Shown here in pieces: positions 49,876 through 63,111 of a stretch of 64,000 bases of DNA. A program made the translations under genes and the position numbers. Source of the stretch: Octopus sinensis (taxonomy: Eukaryota); assembly GCF_006345805.1 (NCBI RefSeq), contig NW_021832273.1, forward strand, positions 99,733 to 163,732, written 5' to 3'. The first letter of the stretch is position 1, and each line of letters begins with the position of its first letter. The notes under the pieces were generated by a model, which was not told where the DNA came from, did not search any database, and saw nothing but the letters and a program-made list of their open reading frames with translations.

Positions 49876-51349
49876 TAGTGAACAAAAATAAAAACTGAAC
49901 ATGCTTTTTCTTATAAATTTACAATTGGACAATATTGCAAATATGTCTCAAATTTATTTTTAACATAGATTAAAGTATTTTACATTTTTTTAGTTTTTTT
50001 AATAAATATATATTTATGCCCTTTTTTATGATATCGAAAATTTAAAACCAAAAAAACTGAACAAATTTAAATTACTTATATATATCAAAAAAAAGGTTTT
50101 ATTTTTTAAAATTCGTTCAAATTCAATCATTTGTAACCTCTCTACATAGCCAATCATTGAACATTTGAAGAAAAAGGCAGAATAATTGGCATGTATAAAT
50201 CTGGAAAAACATACAGAGAAATACAAGATATCACGAAAAAGTATGCTTGGCACGATATTGCAAATTATCAAAAGCTATTCAAATAAGTGCTTGACGGACA
50301 AAAAAGTTGGGTCTGGTTGACCATTCATTGCTCAATCGTCAAAAATATTTTAAATTAAAGAGGCTTGAAAAGTGGATGTCAATTTCAACTGTTTTTAATT
50401 TACTAAAACATTTACAGAAAAAAAGGGAAATCAGTAACAGCTCAAACAATAAGAAATACCACGAAAAAATTGGTCTGAATGCATATCCGCCCACGAAAAG
50501 ACCACTTCTTACCAAAAACCCTAAACTTCAATGATTAAAGCTATGCCAAACATGCAATATGCTCTCAAAATATTTCGGGAGCGAGTTATTTTAAGTGATG
50601 AAAGTAAATTTAATATGTAAAATAGTGATGTAAGAACTTTAGTATGGAGAAATCGCAAGGAAAAATATTTAACAAGCAATCTTACAAAAACAATAAAATT
50701 CGGTAAAGGAACTATCATGAACTATCATGCCATAATCAATATTGGATTCATTAATTTGGTTTTGATAAAAGAGAAGATTGGTGGAGCTTTGTATGTTAAC
50801 ATATTAACGAATAATATGATCTCATTTCTGAACAAAATCGAACATAAAGATCCTAGTTTCCAACAAGACAATGATCTGAAACATACTTCGGCAATAGCAA
50901 AGAGCTTTTTTCAAGTAAATAATATCGAATTACTACTATGGCCAACACAAAGCCCAGATTTAAACCCTATAGAGAATGTTTGGGCCTTTATTAAAGAAAA
51001 AATCAAAGGAAGAGAATTTTTGAAAAAGGAACATTTATTTGCAAAAATATCATCCATTTGGAATTAACTCAAAATAGAATACGCAAAAAGTCTTATTAAT
51101 AGCATGCCAGGCCGAATACTAGATGTAATTAGAGCTAATGGAGGACATAATAGATATTAAATAAATTTGTTCATTTTTTGGGTTCTGAATTATGAATGAA
51201 TGGAAAACTGTATAAATATAATATTTTTTAGACAAAAATAAAGCAAAACTTTATTTAATTTTTTTAAATCAATAGAAGTTATTTTTTAAATATTGTTTCA
51301 TAGTAAATTCATGAGAAAATGCTTTTTCAGTTTTTATTTTTGTTCACTG
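49876..51349 (+). mobile_element. Tc1/mariner transposon with both TIRs, frameshifted transposase
   Basis: TA-flanked imperfect ~45-bp TIRs (C/T)AGTGAACAAAAATAAAAACTGAA; DD34E motifs. Confidence 0.92.
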
Positions 51350-51600
51350 TATATATTTACTATTTTTTGGGATAATTTAGCCTAAGTAAATAAATTATAT
51401 TGGACTAAAAAAATATTTCGCCAATGATAAAATAACACAGTATTGCGATATTTTATCTATAATTACTTCTAAATGTTTATTCGTTGATTGTGTTTGAATT
51501 TTTTTTGAAATTCGTTAAAAAAACTTAACTGGTTGATCTATTGTATTTCGAAAACAATATTACAAAATAACAGTGCATTATTCAAATAATTAATTTAAAG

Positions 51601-51960
51601 TTAGGAAGTTGTTTTAGGAGTTTCTGCAGTTTTGCGAATCATAAATCCACCAGATGAAATAATAGCTTTCTGAGTTAATTCTTTTAATTCGTCGTCATTT
51701 CCAATTGCAACGACAATGTGACGTGGTTTAATTCTTCTTTTTCCACATTTTACTGCTGTATTTCCAGCAAGTTCAAGCATTTCAGCCACAGCATATTCCA
51801 ATACTGCGCACATATATACTGCGGCAGGAATTCCTACTCGCATTCGGGTTTCATGACGGAGACACCGGTGAATGCGTCCAACTGGAAACTGTAACCCGGC
51901 CCGAACGGATTTGCTTTTAGCCTTTGACCGTACTTTTCCTCCTTTTCCTCTTGAAGACAT
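51601..51960 (-). CDS. H2A: Histone H2A, second copy
   Basis: Protein identical to 38489-38848. Confidence 0.95.
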   Translation of the reverse strand: MSSRGKGGKVRSKAKSKSVRAGLQFPVGRIHRCLRHETRMRVGIPAAVYMCAVLEYAVAEMLELAGNTAVKCGKRRIKPRHIVVAIGNDDELKELTQKAIISSGGFMIRKTAETPKTTS

Positions 51961-52113
51961 TATACTCTGCTAACTATTTTTTATTTACATAATAAAAAAA
52001 TGGCATTCCGAAATTTAGTTGAAAATTTTTTCGGAATAGTCCTTTTGAAAAAATTTGGCAATGATACTTTTTGTGCATAGGTTGAAAATAGTGTTTATTT
52101 AGACAATTTTTCA

Positions 52114-52422
52114 ATGTCTGGACGTGGTAAAGGTGGCAAAGGAGGAAAGAGTGGTGCAAAACGATTTCGAAAGATATTAATTGACAATATACAAGGAATT
52201 ACTAAGCCAGCAATAAGAAGACTATGTCGAAGAGGGGGTGTTCGAAGAATTTCTGGAAAAATTTACGAGGAGACACGTTCTGTCCTTAAGATTTTTATTG
52301 AGCAAACTGTTCGTGATTGTATTTCCTATACTGAACATGCCAAAAGAAAAACTGTTATCGCAATGGACGTTGTTAATGCCTTGAAACGTCAAGGTAGGAC
52401 AATTTACGGATTTGGTGGATAA
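52114..52422 (+). CDS. H4: Histone H4, second copy
   Basis: Protein identical to 39004-39312. Confidence 0.97.
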   Translation: MSGRGKGGKGGKSGAKRFRKILIDNIQGITKPAIRRLCRRGGVRRISGKIYEETRSVLKIFIEQTVRDCISYTEHAKRKTVIAMDVVNALKRQGRTIYGFGG

Positions 52423-53024
52423 ATTATACATAATTTTTTTAATAAAATACATTGATATTCCTTACAAATTAACCAGATAAAAATTAGCAATTTCATAAAT
52501 TACTAACTAGCTACCAAACGACGGTGAAATACTACGATTGCTTTTTTAATTGGTAAGAAATCTTGTTGAAATAACAAAAAGTATATTTATACAGTAAATT
52601 AGAGTTATATCGTTTGAAAAATTTATTTTTTTCTAATATTTTATTTTTTTGCATCTGTTTATAATTATGTTTATTTAGAGAATTATTTGCGAGTGGACCC
52701 CAGAGCTCCGGCCAATCGGGCAATGGACGATTATTTCTCCGAACATGGAGACAAATATCGTGGAAGACCTAGATCCACTCTTCCGACAGTTCTTGAAAGG
52801 GATCTCAAACTTCATGACAAAAGTTTCAAAAACTGGGACGACCTAGAATCTTTACGGGATCTCGCCCGCAACAGAAGGGCATGGACAAGGATGGTCCAGA
52901 AGATTGTTTCGCTGAAACTGTCCTGTCTGAAATAATAAAATATGGCTAGAACTAAACAAACTGCTCGAAAATCTACTGGAGCAAAAGTTCCAAGGAAACA
53001 ATTGTCTGCAAAATCTGCTCGCAA

Positions 53025-56000
53025 TTGTCTGCACTAAGAAGACTATGCAGAAGTGGAGGTGTTCCCGCCTCGCTCTCCCAGAAGGACAAGACGTTCAGTG
53101 TGCCACTACGATGAATTGCCGGAGCCGTGTTCACCGCCACGCGCTTCCGGCTATTCTAGTGGTGTCTTTAATTTTCTAGCGAAAAGCAGGAAGGAGAAGT
53201 CGAAGCCTGGACCCTCCCAGGTGGGTTCAGCACTCACTGGAGACACTTCTTCCTCTGCTCCCCCTATGGCTGGTGTCGGGGGAGCTGCAGGTGCAACTGG
53301 TTCTGATCGTTTGGTATCCACCACAACCGCACAGCATGCTGGTTCGCCACGTGTTTGCGGTTTGTCTAGTGGTACCAAACCCAGCCTAGGTAAGTCAATT
53401 AATGCCAACGGGTGTCGTCTCCTGAGGCCGTCCCGGTGGGTACGGCAGGAAATAAGGTTGCCCTTGAGGACGGTTGGTACACGGTGGGGAAACCCAAACT
53501 TGCGGCTGGCCGTCCAACCCCCCCTAATGTTGTAGGTACTGGGTGTGTGTCGATCAGGCGGATGCACACCCAAAGAAGACCACTGGCGCCGGGGGCAGAA
53601 TACTTCGGTGCTGTGGTACTTGAGGTCCTCCCTAAAGTGGAAGCTTCGCAGCGGATAAAGATTCTGTACGGCACCTAACGACTTAGGGAGTCCTCCTGCT
53701 CAAGGGCTGCTCGGTCATACGGATAGTCACCCCAAGAGAGTCTGGCTCCTGGAACGAGCCCGAGGAACTTTCTTCCCTGGCGGCGGGTGGGTGGTGAGGC
53801 CAAAGATCTGTAGTGTATCTAGAGTGGGAAGGCCTCGGTCATAAGATCTTATTACGTTAGACTTATCCGCCTTCAAAGCTGTATAGAGTCCTGAAGAGGG
53901 AGCCCACCCAATTCCTGCTTGGGTGGGAGAAGGAGGATGACTTCTCCAATTTCAAAGGGAGCTGGAAAGTCAAATCCGTTCGGTCCTGGCATGCATCGGC
54001 TTGTCAGGATCGAACGTAGGTAAGTAAGGTAAGTGTCCTCCTCCTCGGGGTTCCTCGGGACTTCGAGGATAATGACCTCCTAGGTCATCTGCAGCAGGAG
54101 TACCCCAGTGCCTCTGCCATTGCACGCTTCAAGCAGGGTAATCGCCCTCTTGAAGTGGTGGAGATTACACTGGGATCTCCTGCAGAAGCTGAGCGCCTGG
54201 TACTTCTTGGTACCAGGATCGGCTACATTAGGATGAGAGCTGCCTGGCCCCGCCCGAAAGCCACCCAATGCTTCGGTGTGCAGGGGTTCGGGCACATCTC
54301 CACAAAGTGCCCGGATAAGGCGAAGTGCCTTATTTGCGGTGGGGAGCATGGTCGCAAGACGTGCCCCTCACCATCCAAGGAGAGGCAGTGTGTCAACTGT
54401 GGTAAGTTGGGACACACTGCCAACTTCAGAGGTTGCCCCAAGTTCAAGGAGGCAACCCGAAAGGTAGGTGGGGATGTAATCCCAATAGTAAGTCGCCCGC
54501 GTCGCGTCGCGCGCCCTGCGCCAAAACCTGGCAAGCAGGCGATACTGGCCAAACCTTCCAAATCCGTTGGGTGGCGAAGACAGTGGAACCTGTGAGCCAT
54601 GCTACGTGTGGGTCGGTGCAGCCTTCGCCGACAAAGTTGGCAAAGCAGGTGAAAGCTTCCGAGTCCGCTTGGTTGCCTAAGCCGGCAATGCCTTCTGAGG
54701 CGGCTAACGGCGGCGCCGTCCGGCACAACCTGGGGCTGAAAAGGCGTCCTCCATACGTGGAGATGCCATTGCACTCAGCCCCTGGCGAGCGTGTACCGCA
54801 GGACAGTATTAGTCCTGCGGTGCAATTATGCGTTTCCCTATTAAAATTTTGTAGGGAGATGAATTGCAGTGTAGAGGAAATGCTACACTGCAACGTTGCC
54901 GAGGCCAAGAAGATCCTTGGCGAAGAACCGATATGATGCTCAACATCATATCGGTGAACGCGCGTTCCTTGGAAGGAAAAAGGACGCCGTTCAGAGGATG
55001 TTGGCCACCACGAGTGCGGACATTCTGGTGGTCAACGAAACGAAGGTAAAGGGGGGTCCGTACGTAGTTGATGGCTACAACTGTCGTCACATACCCTGGA
55101 AACAGGGGTCAATATGTGGCACAGGAACTAGCCTCTTCTACAAGCCCTACCTTGCCTTGCAGAGTCCAGGTTATGTTCATGTAGCTTGTGTGAATTCCTC
55201 CAAGTGAGAATTCGCAAAGGCGAGTTAACATTTTACCTAGGTGGAAAGTACTCGAAGAACTTTACGGCGTGCTCCTGGCACGTACGGGAGTTCTTTGAAA
55301 AGCATCCGAAGGCCATGGTTTTTGGGGACCTGAATGCCAAGCATCAAGATCTTGGTTTCAGGGTAACCACTCGCATGGTTTGGCTCTGAAGACGCTGGTT
55401 GAAGACCTCGGGCTGGAATCCGGACTTCGAGCGAGCCAAACCACGTCGACACGAGGGGAGGACGTGACTGGCTAGGGCTTGCTCTGGTCAGTCCCGGTCT
55501 TCTAATTGGGTTAGTAAAACTATTTTATTGTCCGATATTGGGAGCGACCATCTGCCTCTATTGCACGAACTCCGTGAGCCAGTTCCTCAAAGGGTCCCAG
55601 GATACTTTGACCTCCGGTGGGTTCCTGGGCTAACCTGGAGAGTTTCATGGCCAGCAGGTTGCCCTCACTTCTGGTGGGGAATACCTGCGCCAACATACGT
55701 GAGTTGGAGGCGCTTGATAATGGAATCAATGCTGCCCTGACTGATTACATGCGAGATAATTTCAAACAAAACTCAGTGCAGGGTCAGGCACATTCCACGC
55801 TCCCTCACCGGATCTTAAATAAAATTAGGTTCAAGCGCCGGCTATCCAGACTACGGGACAAATGCGTTTACGAGGAAACCGTGTTTGGTTTCGTGGCTGG
55901 ATTAGCCGGCTTCAGAGGGAGATCCGAAGAGAAATCCGCGAACTCGAAAGTTCGCGGTGGGAGAGGGCCTGCCGAAGGGTGGACCCTCGCTTTCCGGACT

Positions 56001-57642
56001 TCTGGAAGCAGTTGAAGAGCCTGTCGGGGAGAAGGGGGGCTAAGTCAGTGCGCCTTAAACGCTCTGATGGAACCCTCGCTTCGGACCCGGTTGAGGTGGT
56101 TGAAATACTTTCAGCCCATCTCAATGGCATCTCGGGAACTGACGGAAGTCAGTTCGTAGAGACATCGTCCTTTGATACTGTCCAGCAGATATTGTCGTGG
56201 GACAAGCGCTGCCAGCTGGGCATATCAAGGAACGATGCAGGCGAAATTACTGAAGCGGAGATTCTGGCAGCAATCTCCCGAAGTAAGAACACCGCGGCGG
56301 GTTTGGATCGGATCCCGATGGCCATCTTTAAGAAGGCCCCGCCGCGGTTAATCTCTGCACTAAAGGTCTTATTTAACGGGAGCTTGCGACTTGGGATGAT
56401 TCCCTCCAGGTGAAAGTGGCTGAGGTATCCTTATCGGAAAGCCCGGGAAGCCACATGATGTCCCCGGGGGATATAGGCCCATTTCCTTGCTCCCCGCAAT
56501 ATCTAAAATCCTAGAAAGAATTATGCACCAAAGGCTCCTGGAGGAGCTGATGGTTGCAGACGCCCTCCCTGAGTTCCAATGGGGCTTCAGGAGGGCGCTC
56601 ATGCGGGGACTGCCTTCACAAGGTGTCGTCTGGTATGAAGAACCCTCCAGAAAAGGGAATGCGGTATTTTAGTTAGTCTCGACATTGAAAAGGCCTTCGA
56701 CTCGGTGTGGCACGACGGCCTCCGGAGTTCCTTGCCACGTGTGGGGTTTCTCCGTGTCTAAGGCGCTGGCTGTCGGGGTTTCTTGAATCTCGCAGGCAGG
56801 TCGTGCGGCATCAGGGGGTCTTTTCTAAAGTCGCAACAGTCCTTCGCGGGGTCCCTCAGGGCTCTGTGCTCAGTCCGACACTATTCATGTGTTTATGGCC
56901 ACTGCGCCTATGCAGTCAATGCTCGTACTGAAATGGTAATCTATGCAGACGACATTATCCTCTGGGATCACTCAATGAAACCGGAGTGTGCGTGTCGTAG
57001 GCTTCAGGTTGCTGTGGATGGACTTGCAAACTGGTGTGGGAGTAGGGGTCTGAGAATGTGCGCGGACAAGTGCAGTGTCCTTAAAGTCTGTAAAAGGACG
57101 AGGGGTTACACTAATTTTGTTCCTAGGTTATTGCTGAGCGGGTCAGCAATCGCTGCAGTTGATCGGATGACTTATTTGGGCGTGCTCTTAAGCCGTCCGG
57201 TAAGTTTGATGATCACATTGCACGTACGAAAATGCGTGCAATGCAGCGATTAGGTGCGTTGCGTGCTTTCCGCTTGAGCAGAGGTGCCTGGTTCCGCGTG
57301 TTTAACGCCATGGTGTTACCCGTCTTGACCTATGGCGTCCACGCTTGGTACCTCTATGAGGACAGGGATAAGCATGTTGACGTGCTTAAAAAAGTAAGAA
57401 GACGAGCCATAAGGCTAGCCTATGGCTTAGGATTCCGCTGAGCTCTCCGACGCCCAGGAATCATCTCTCAAAGGCCTCTCTGAGGTCCTAGAGAAGATTA
57501 TTTCTGGATGGCAGGTAAGGCGGTAAGTCTTAACCTGTGGTTGTGTGTAGGGAGCGTGTGTGATGGAGACTGAAAAGGCAGCGATGCCGAAGGTCTACTT
57601 AGTTAGTTTTTAACTCCCTTAACTAATAATGTTTTTTCCCCC
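53025..57642 (+). mobile_element. Family A LINE copy with many indels
   Basis: Collinear with 39915-44378. Confidence 0.92.
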
Positions 57643-57666
57643 AAAAACTTGCAAATTTTGTGGATA

Positions 57667-58034
57667 ATGGCACCTAAAGTTAGCACAAAGGGACAAAAAA
57701 GAGCTCCTATAAAAAGCAAAAATGTTTCTGTTTCTGTTGCTACAAAGAAAAAAAAGAAAAGGAAAACTTTTTCCATATATCTTATGAAAATTTTAAAGAC
57801 AGTACATAATCAACTTGGGATGTCAAAGAAGGCTATGATGGCTATGGACAGTTTCACATTTGATGTTTATGACAAAATAAAACCGAAGGCATCAAATCTA
57901 GTCTATCAGAATTCGAAGGCCATTACCTCACGTGAAATACAGACTGCAGTTCGTCTGATTCTTCCGGTGAATTGGCAAAACATGCTATTACAGAGGGTGC
58001 AAAGGCAGTTACTAAGTACACGAATACAAAATAA
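57667..58034 (+). CDS. H2B: Histone H2B copy with apparent indels
   Basis: Collinear with 44404-44770. Confidence 0.75.
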
Positions 58035-58641
58035 CACTTTAAAAATAATTGTTTTATTTATTTGTTCTTTAAATAACTATTTCAACAATCCAAATGCAAC
58101 TAGTAATTGTCCCTTTGGCATTCGAGATCTCCGCAGCCTTTGTCCCGCAAACATCCAAGTTCTTAAACACATCTGCCTCCTTATCGCTCGGAGAAACATG
58201 GATGCAAGCGAATCTTCTTGCTAAGACAGAGGATCTCTGGTACAATCATGCGCGGCAACACGCAAGCTATTCTTTTGACCGGATCTGATCGTTCTCTTTC
58301 TTGTTTTTTCTTTAATTAGTTCACTAGTAATTTAGTCTGTAATCTCGAAAAATTCATAAATTTAAGCAATAGTTACAATTATTTGATGGTGCTGATAAAA
58401 TATTATTTTAAAAATATTTAATTTTTTAATTTTAAAAATGATGAGCAAAAAATTTTCGGAATGATACTTTTTTTCGAAAAAATTCGGAATAATGTTGTTT
58501 AACTATATAAAACAAAAATAACTAGCCTGAAACTGTCCTGTCTGAAATAAAAAAAATATGGCTAGAACTAAACAAACTGCTCGAAAATCTACTGGAGCAA
58601 AAGTTCCAAGGAAACAATTGTCTGCAAAATCTGCTCGCAAG

Positions 58642-61600
58642 CTGTCTGCACTAAGAAGACTATGCAGAAGTGGAGGCGTTCCCGCTTCGCACTCCCCGGA
58701 GGACAAGACGGTTCAGTGTGCCACTACGATGAACTGCCGGAGCCGTGGTTCACCGCCACGTGCTTCCGGCTATTCTAGTGGTGTTTTTAATTCTTTAGGT
58801 CAAAGCAGGAGGTCGAAGCCTGGACCCTCCCAGATGGGTTCAGCACTCACCGAAGACTCTTCTCCCTCTGCTCCCCCTTTGGCTGGTGTCGGGGGAGCAG
58901 CAGCTGCAACAGGTACTAATTGTTTGGTAGCCACGACAACCGCACAGCATGCTGGTTCGCCACGTGTTTGCGGTTTGTCTAGTGGTGCCAAACCCAGCCT
59001 AGGTAAGTCAATTAATGCCAACAGGGTGTCGTCTCCTGAGGCCGTCCCGGTGGGTACGGCAGGAAATAAGGTTGCCCTTGAGGACGGTTGGTACACGGTG
59101 GGGAAACCCAAACGTGCGGCTGGCCGTCCAACCCCCCCTAATGTTTTAGGTACTGGTGTGTGTCCGATCAGGTGGATGCACACCCAAAGAAGACCACTGG
59201 CGCCGGGGGCAGAATTACCTTCGGTGCTGTGGCACGACTTGAGGTCCTCCCACAAGTGGGAAGGCCTCGGTCATAAAGATCTTAGGTACGTTAGACTCTA
59301 TCCAGCCTTCAAAGCTGTATAGAGTCCTGAAGAGGGAGCCCACCCAATTCCTGCTTGGGTGGGAGAAGGAGGAGGACTTCTTCAGCTTTAAGGAGAGCTG
59401 GAGAAGTCCAGCCCGTTCGGTTCTCTGGCATGCATCGGCTTGTCAGGATTGACAAAAGGTAAGGCAGGTAAGAGTCCTGCTCCTCGGGGTCCCCCGGGAC
59501 TTCGAGGATAATGCCTTTTAGGACACATACAGCGGGAGTACCCCAGTGCCTCTGCCCTTGCACGCTTCAAGCAGGGTAACCGCCCTCTTGAAGTGGTGGA
59601 GGTCATCCTGGGATCTCCTGCGGAAGCCGAGCGCCTAGTACTTCTGGGTACTAGGATCGGCTACATCAGGATGAGAGCTGCCTGGCCCCACCCAATGCTT
59701 TCGGTGTCAGGGGTTCGGGCACATCTCCACAAAGTGCCCGGATAAGGCGAAGTGCCTTATTTGCGGTGGGGAGCATGGTCGCAAGACGTGCCCCTCACCA
59801 TCCAAGGAGAGGCAGTGTGTCAACTGTGGTAAGTTGGGACACACTGCCAACTTCAGAGGTTGCCCCAAGTTCAAGGAGGCAACCCGAAAGGTAGGTGGGG
59901 ATGTAATCCCAACAGTAAGTCGCCCGCGTCGCGTCGCGCGCCCTGCGCCAAAACCTGGCAAGCAGGCGATACTGGCCAAACCTTCCAAATCCGTTTGGGT
60001 GGCGAAGACAGTGGAACCTGTGAGCCATGCTACGTGTGGGTCGGTGCAGCCTTCGCCGACAAAGTTGGCAAAGCAGGTGAAAGCTTCCGAGTCCGCTTGG
60101 TTGCCTAAGCCGGCAATGCCTTCTGAGGCGGCTAACGGCGGCGCCGTCCGGCACAACCTGGGGCTGAAAAGGCGTCCTCCATACGTGGAGATGCCATTGC
60201 ACTCAGCCCCTGGCGAGCGTGTACCGCAGGACAGTATTAGTCCTGCGGTGCAATTATGCGTTTCCCTATTAAAATTTTGTAGGGAGATGAATTGCAGTGT
60301 AGAGGAAATGCTACACTGCAACGTTGCCGAGGCCAAGAAGATCCTTGGCGAAGAACCGATATGATGCTCAACATCATATCGGTGAACGCGCGTTCCTTGG
60401 AAGGAAAAAGGGACGCCGTTCAGAGGATGTTGGCCACCACGAGTGCGGACATTCTGGTGGTCAACGAAACGAAGGTAAAGGGGGGTCCGTACGTAGTTGA
60501 TGGCTACAACTGTCGTCACATACCCTGGAAACAGGGGTCAATATGTGGGGCACAGGACTAGCCTCTTCTACAAGCCCTACCTTGCCTTGCAGAGTCCAGG
60601 TTTATGTTCATGTAGCTTGTGTGAATTCCTCAAGTGAGAATTCGCAAAGGCGAGTTAACATTTTACCTAGGTGGAAAGTACTCGAAGAACTTTACGGCGT
60701 GCTCCTGGCACGTACGGGAGTTCTTTGAAAAGCATCCGAAGGCCATGGTTGTTGGGGACCTGAATGCCAAGCATCAAGATCTTGGTTTCAGGGTAACCAA
60801 CTCGCATGGTTTGGCTCTGAAGACGCTGGTTGAAGACCTCGGGCTGGAAATCCGGACTTCGAGCGAGCCAAACCACGTCGACACGAGGGGAGGACGTGAC
60901 TGGCTAGGGCTTGCTCTGGTCAGTCCCGGTCTTCTAAATAGGGTTAGTAAAACTATTTTATTGTCCGATATTGGGAGCGACCATCTGCCTCTATGCACGC
61001 GAACTCCGTGAGCCAGTTCCTCAAAGGGTCCCAGGATACTTTGACCTCCGGGTGGGTTCCTGGGCTAACCTGGAGAGTTTCATGGCCAGCAGGTTGCCCT
61101 CACTTCTGGTGGGGAATACCTGCGCCAACATACGTGAGTTGGAGGCGCTTGATAATGGAATCAATGCTGCCCTGACTGATTACATGCGAGATAATTTCAA
61201 ACAAAACTCAGTGCAGGGTCAGGCACATTCCACGCTCCCTCACCGGATCTTAATAAAATTAGGTTCAAGCGCCGGCTATCCAGACTACGGGACAAATGCG
61301 TTTACGAGGAGAACCGTGTTTGGTTTCGTGGCTGGATTAGCCGGCTTCAGAGGGAGATCCGAAGAGAAATCCGCGAACTCGAAAGTTCGCGGTGGGAGAG
61401 GGCCTGCCGAAGGGTGGACCCTCGCTTTCCGGACTTCTGGAAGCAGTTGAAGAGCCTGTCGGGGAGAAGGGGGGCTAAGTCAGTGCGCCTTAAACGCTCT
61501 GATGGAAACCTCGCTTCGGACCCGGTTGAGGTGGTTGAAATACTTTCAGCCCATCTCAATGGCATCTCGGGAACTGACGGAAGTCAGTTCGTAGAGACAT

Positions 61601-63086
61601 CGTCCTTTGATACTGTCCAGCAGATATTGTCGTGGGACAAGCGCTGCCAGCTGGGCATATCAAGGAACGATGCAGGCGAAATTACTGAAGCGGAGATTCT
61701 GGCAGCAATCTCCCGAAGTAAGAACACCGCGGCGGGTTTGGATCGGATCCCGATGGCCATCTTTAAGAAGGCCCCGCCGCGGTTAATCACTGCACTAAGG
61801 TTTTATTTAACGGGAGCTTGCGACTTGGGATGATTCCCTCCAGGTGGAAAGTGGCTGAGGTAATCCTTATAGGAAAGCCCGGGAAGCCACATGATGTTCC
61901 CGGGGATATAGGCCCATTTCCTTGCTCCTGCGATATCTAAAACCTAGAAAGAATTATGCACCAAAGGCTCCTGGAGGAGCTGATGGTTGCAGACGCCCTC
62001 CCTGAGTTCCAATGGGGCTTCAGGGAGGGCCGCTCATGCGGGGACTGCCTTTACAAGGTGTCGTCTGGTATGAAGAACGCCCTCCAGAAAAGGGAATGCG
62101 GTATTTTAGTTAGTCTCGACATTGAAAAGGCCTTTGACTCGGTTGTGGCACGACGGCCTCCGGAGTTCCCTTGCCACGTGTGGGGTTTCTCCTGTGTCTA
62201 AGGCGCTGGCTGTCGGGGTTTCTTGAATCTCGCAGACAGGTCGTGCGGCATCAGGGGGTCTTTTCTAAAGTCGCAACAGTCCTTCGCGGGGTCCCTCAGG
62301 GCTCTGTGCTCAGTCCGACACTATTCAATGTGTTTATGGCCACTGCGCCTATGCAGTCAATGCTCGTACTGAAATGGTAATCTATGCAGACGACATTATC
62401 CTCTGGGATCACTCAATGAAACCGGAGTGTGCGTGTCGTAGGCTTCAGGTTGCTGTGGATGGACTTGCAAACTGGTGTGGGAGTAGGGGTCTGAGAATGT
62501 GCGCGGACAAGTGCAGTGTCCTTAAGTCTGTAAAAGGACGAGGGGTTACACTAATTTTGTTCCTAGGTTATTGCTGAGCGGGTCAGCAATCGCTGCAGTT
62601 GATCGGATGACTTATTTGGGCGTGCTCTTTAAGCCGTCCGGTAAGTTTGATGATCACATTGCACGTACGAAAATGCGTGCAATGCAGCGATTAGGTGCGT
62701 TGCGTGCTTTCCGCTTGAGCAGAGGTGCCTGGTTCCGCGTGTTTAACGCCATGGTGTTACCCGTCTTGACCTATGGCGTCCACGCTTGGTACCTCTATGA
62801 GGACAGGGATAAGCATGTTGACGTGCTTAAAAAAGTAAGAAGACGAGCCATAAGGCTAGCCTATGGCTTAGGATTCCGGACTGAGCTCTCCGACGCCAGG
62901 ATCATCTCTCAAAGGCCTCTCTGAGGTCCTAGAGAAGATTATTTCTGGATGGCAGGTAAGGCGGTAAGTCTTAACCTGTGGTTGTGTGTAGGGAGGCGTG
63001 TGTGAGATGGAGACTGAAAAGGCAGCGATGCCGAAGGTCTACTTAGTTAGTTTTTAACTCCCTTAACTAATAATGTTTTTTCCCCC
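58642..63086 (+). mobile_element. Family A LINE copy with many indels, downstream of an intact H3 promoter and H3 tail
   Basis: Collinear with 39915-44378. Confidence 0.92.
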
Positions 63087-63111
63087 GGAAAACTTGCAAA
63101 TTTTGTGGATA

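Larger units (their letters stand above)
36847..58528 (+). repeat. ~13.1-kb offset duplication (36847-45261 vs ~49960-58528): Tc1-H2A-H4-RTE relic-H3::A-H2B-CRE relic-H3 promoter
   Basis: Matching ORF offsets of 13110-13112 bp (38489/51601, 39004/52114, 39831/52942). Confidence 0.85.

Noticed and set aside
53640-53880. Apparently novel insert inside family A ORF1
   Set aside because: Partly a garbled repeat of the adjacent sequence in a region of high indel density; likely low-quality consensus
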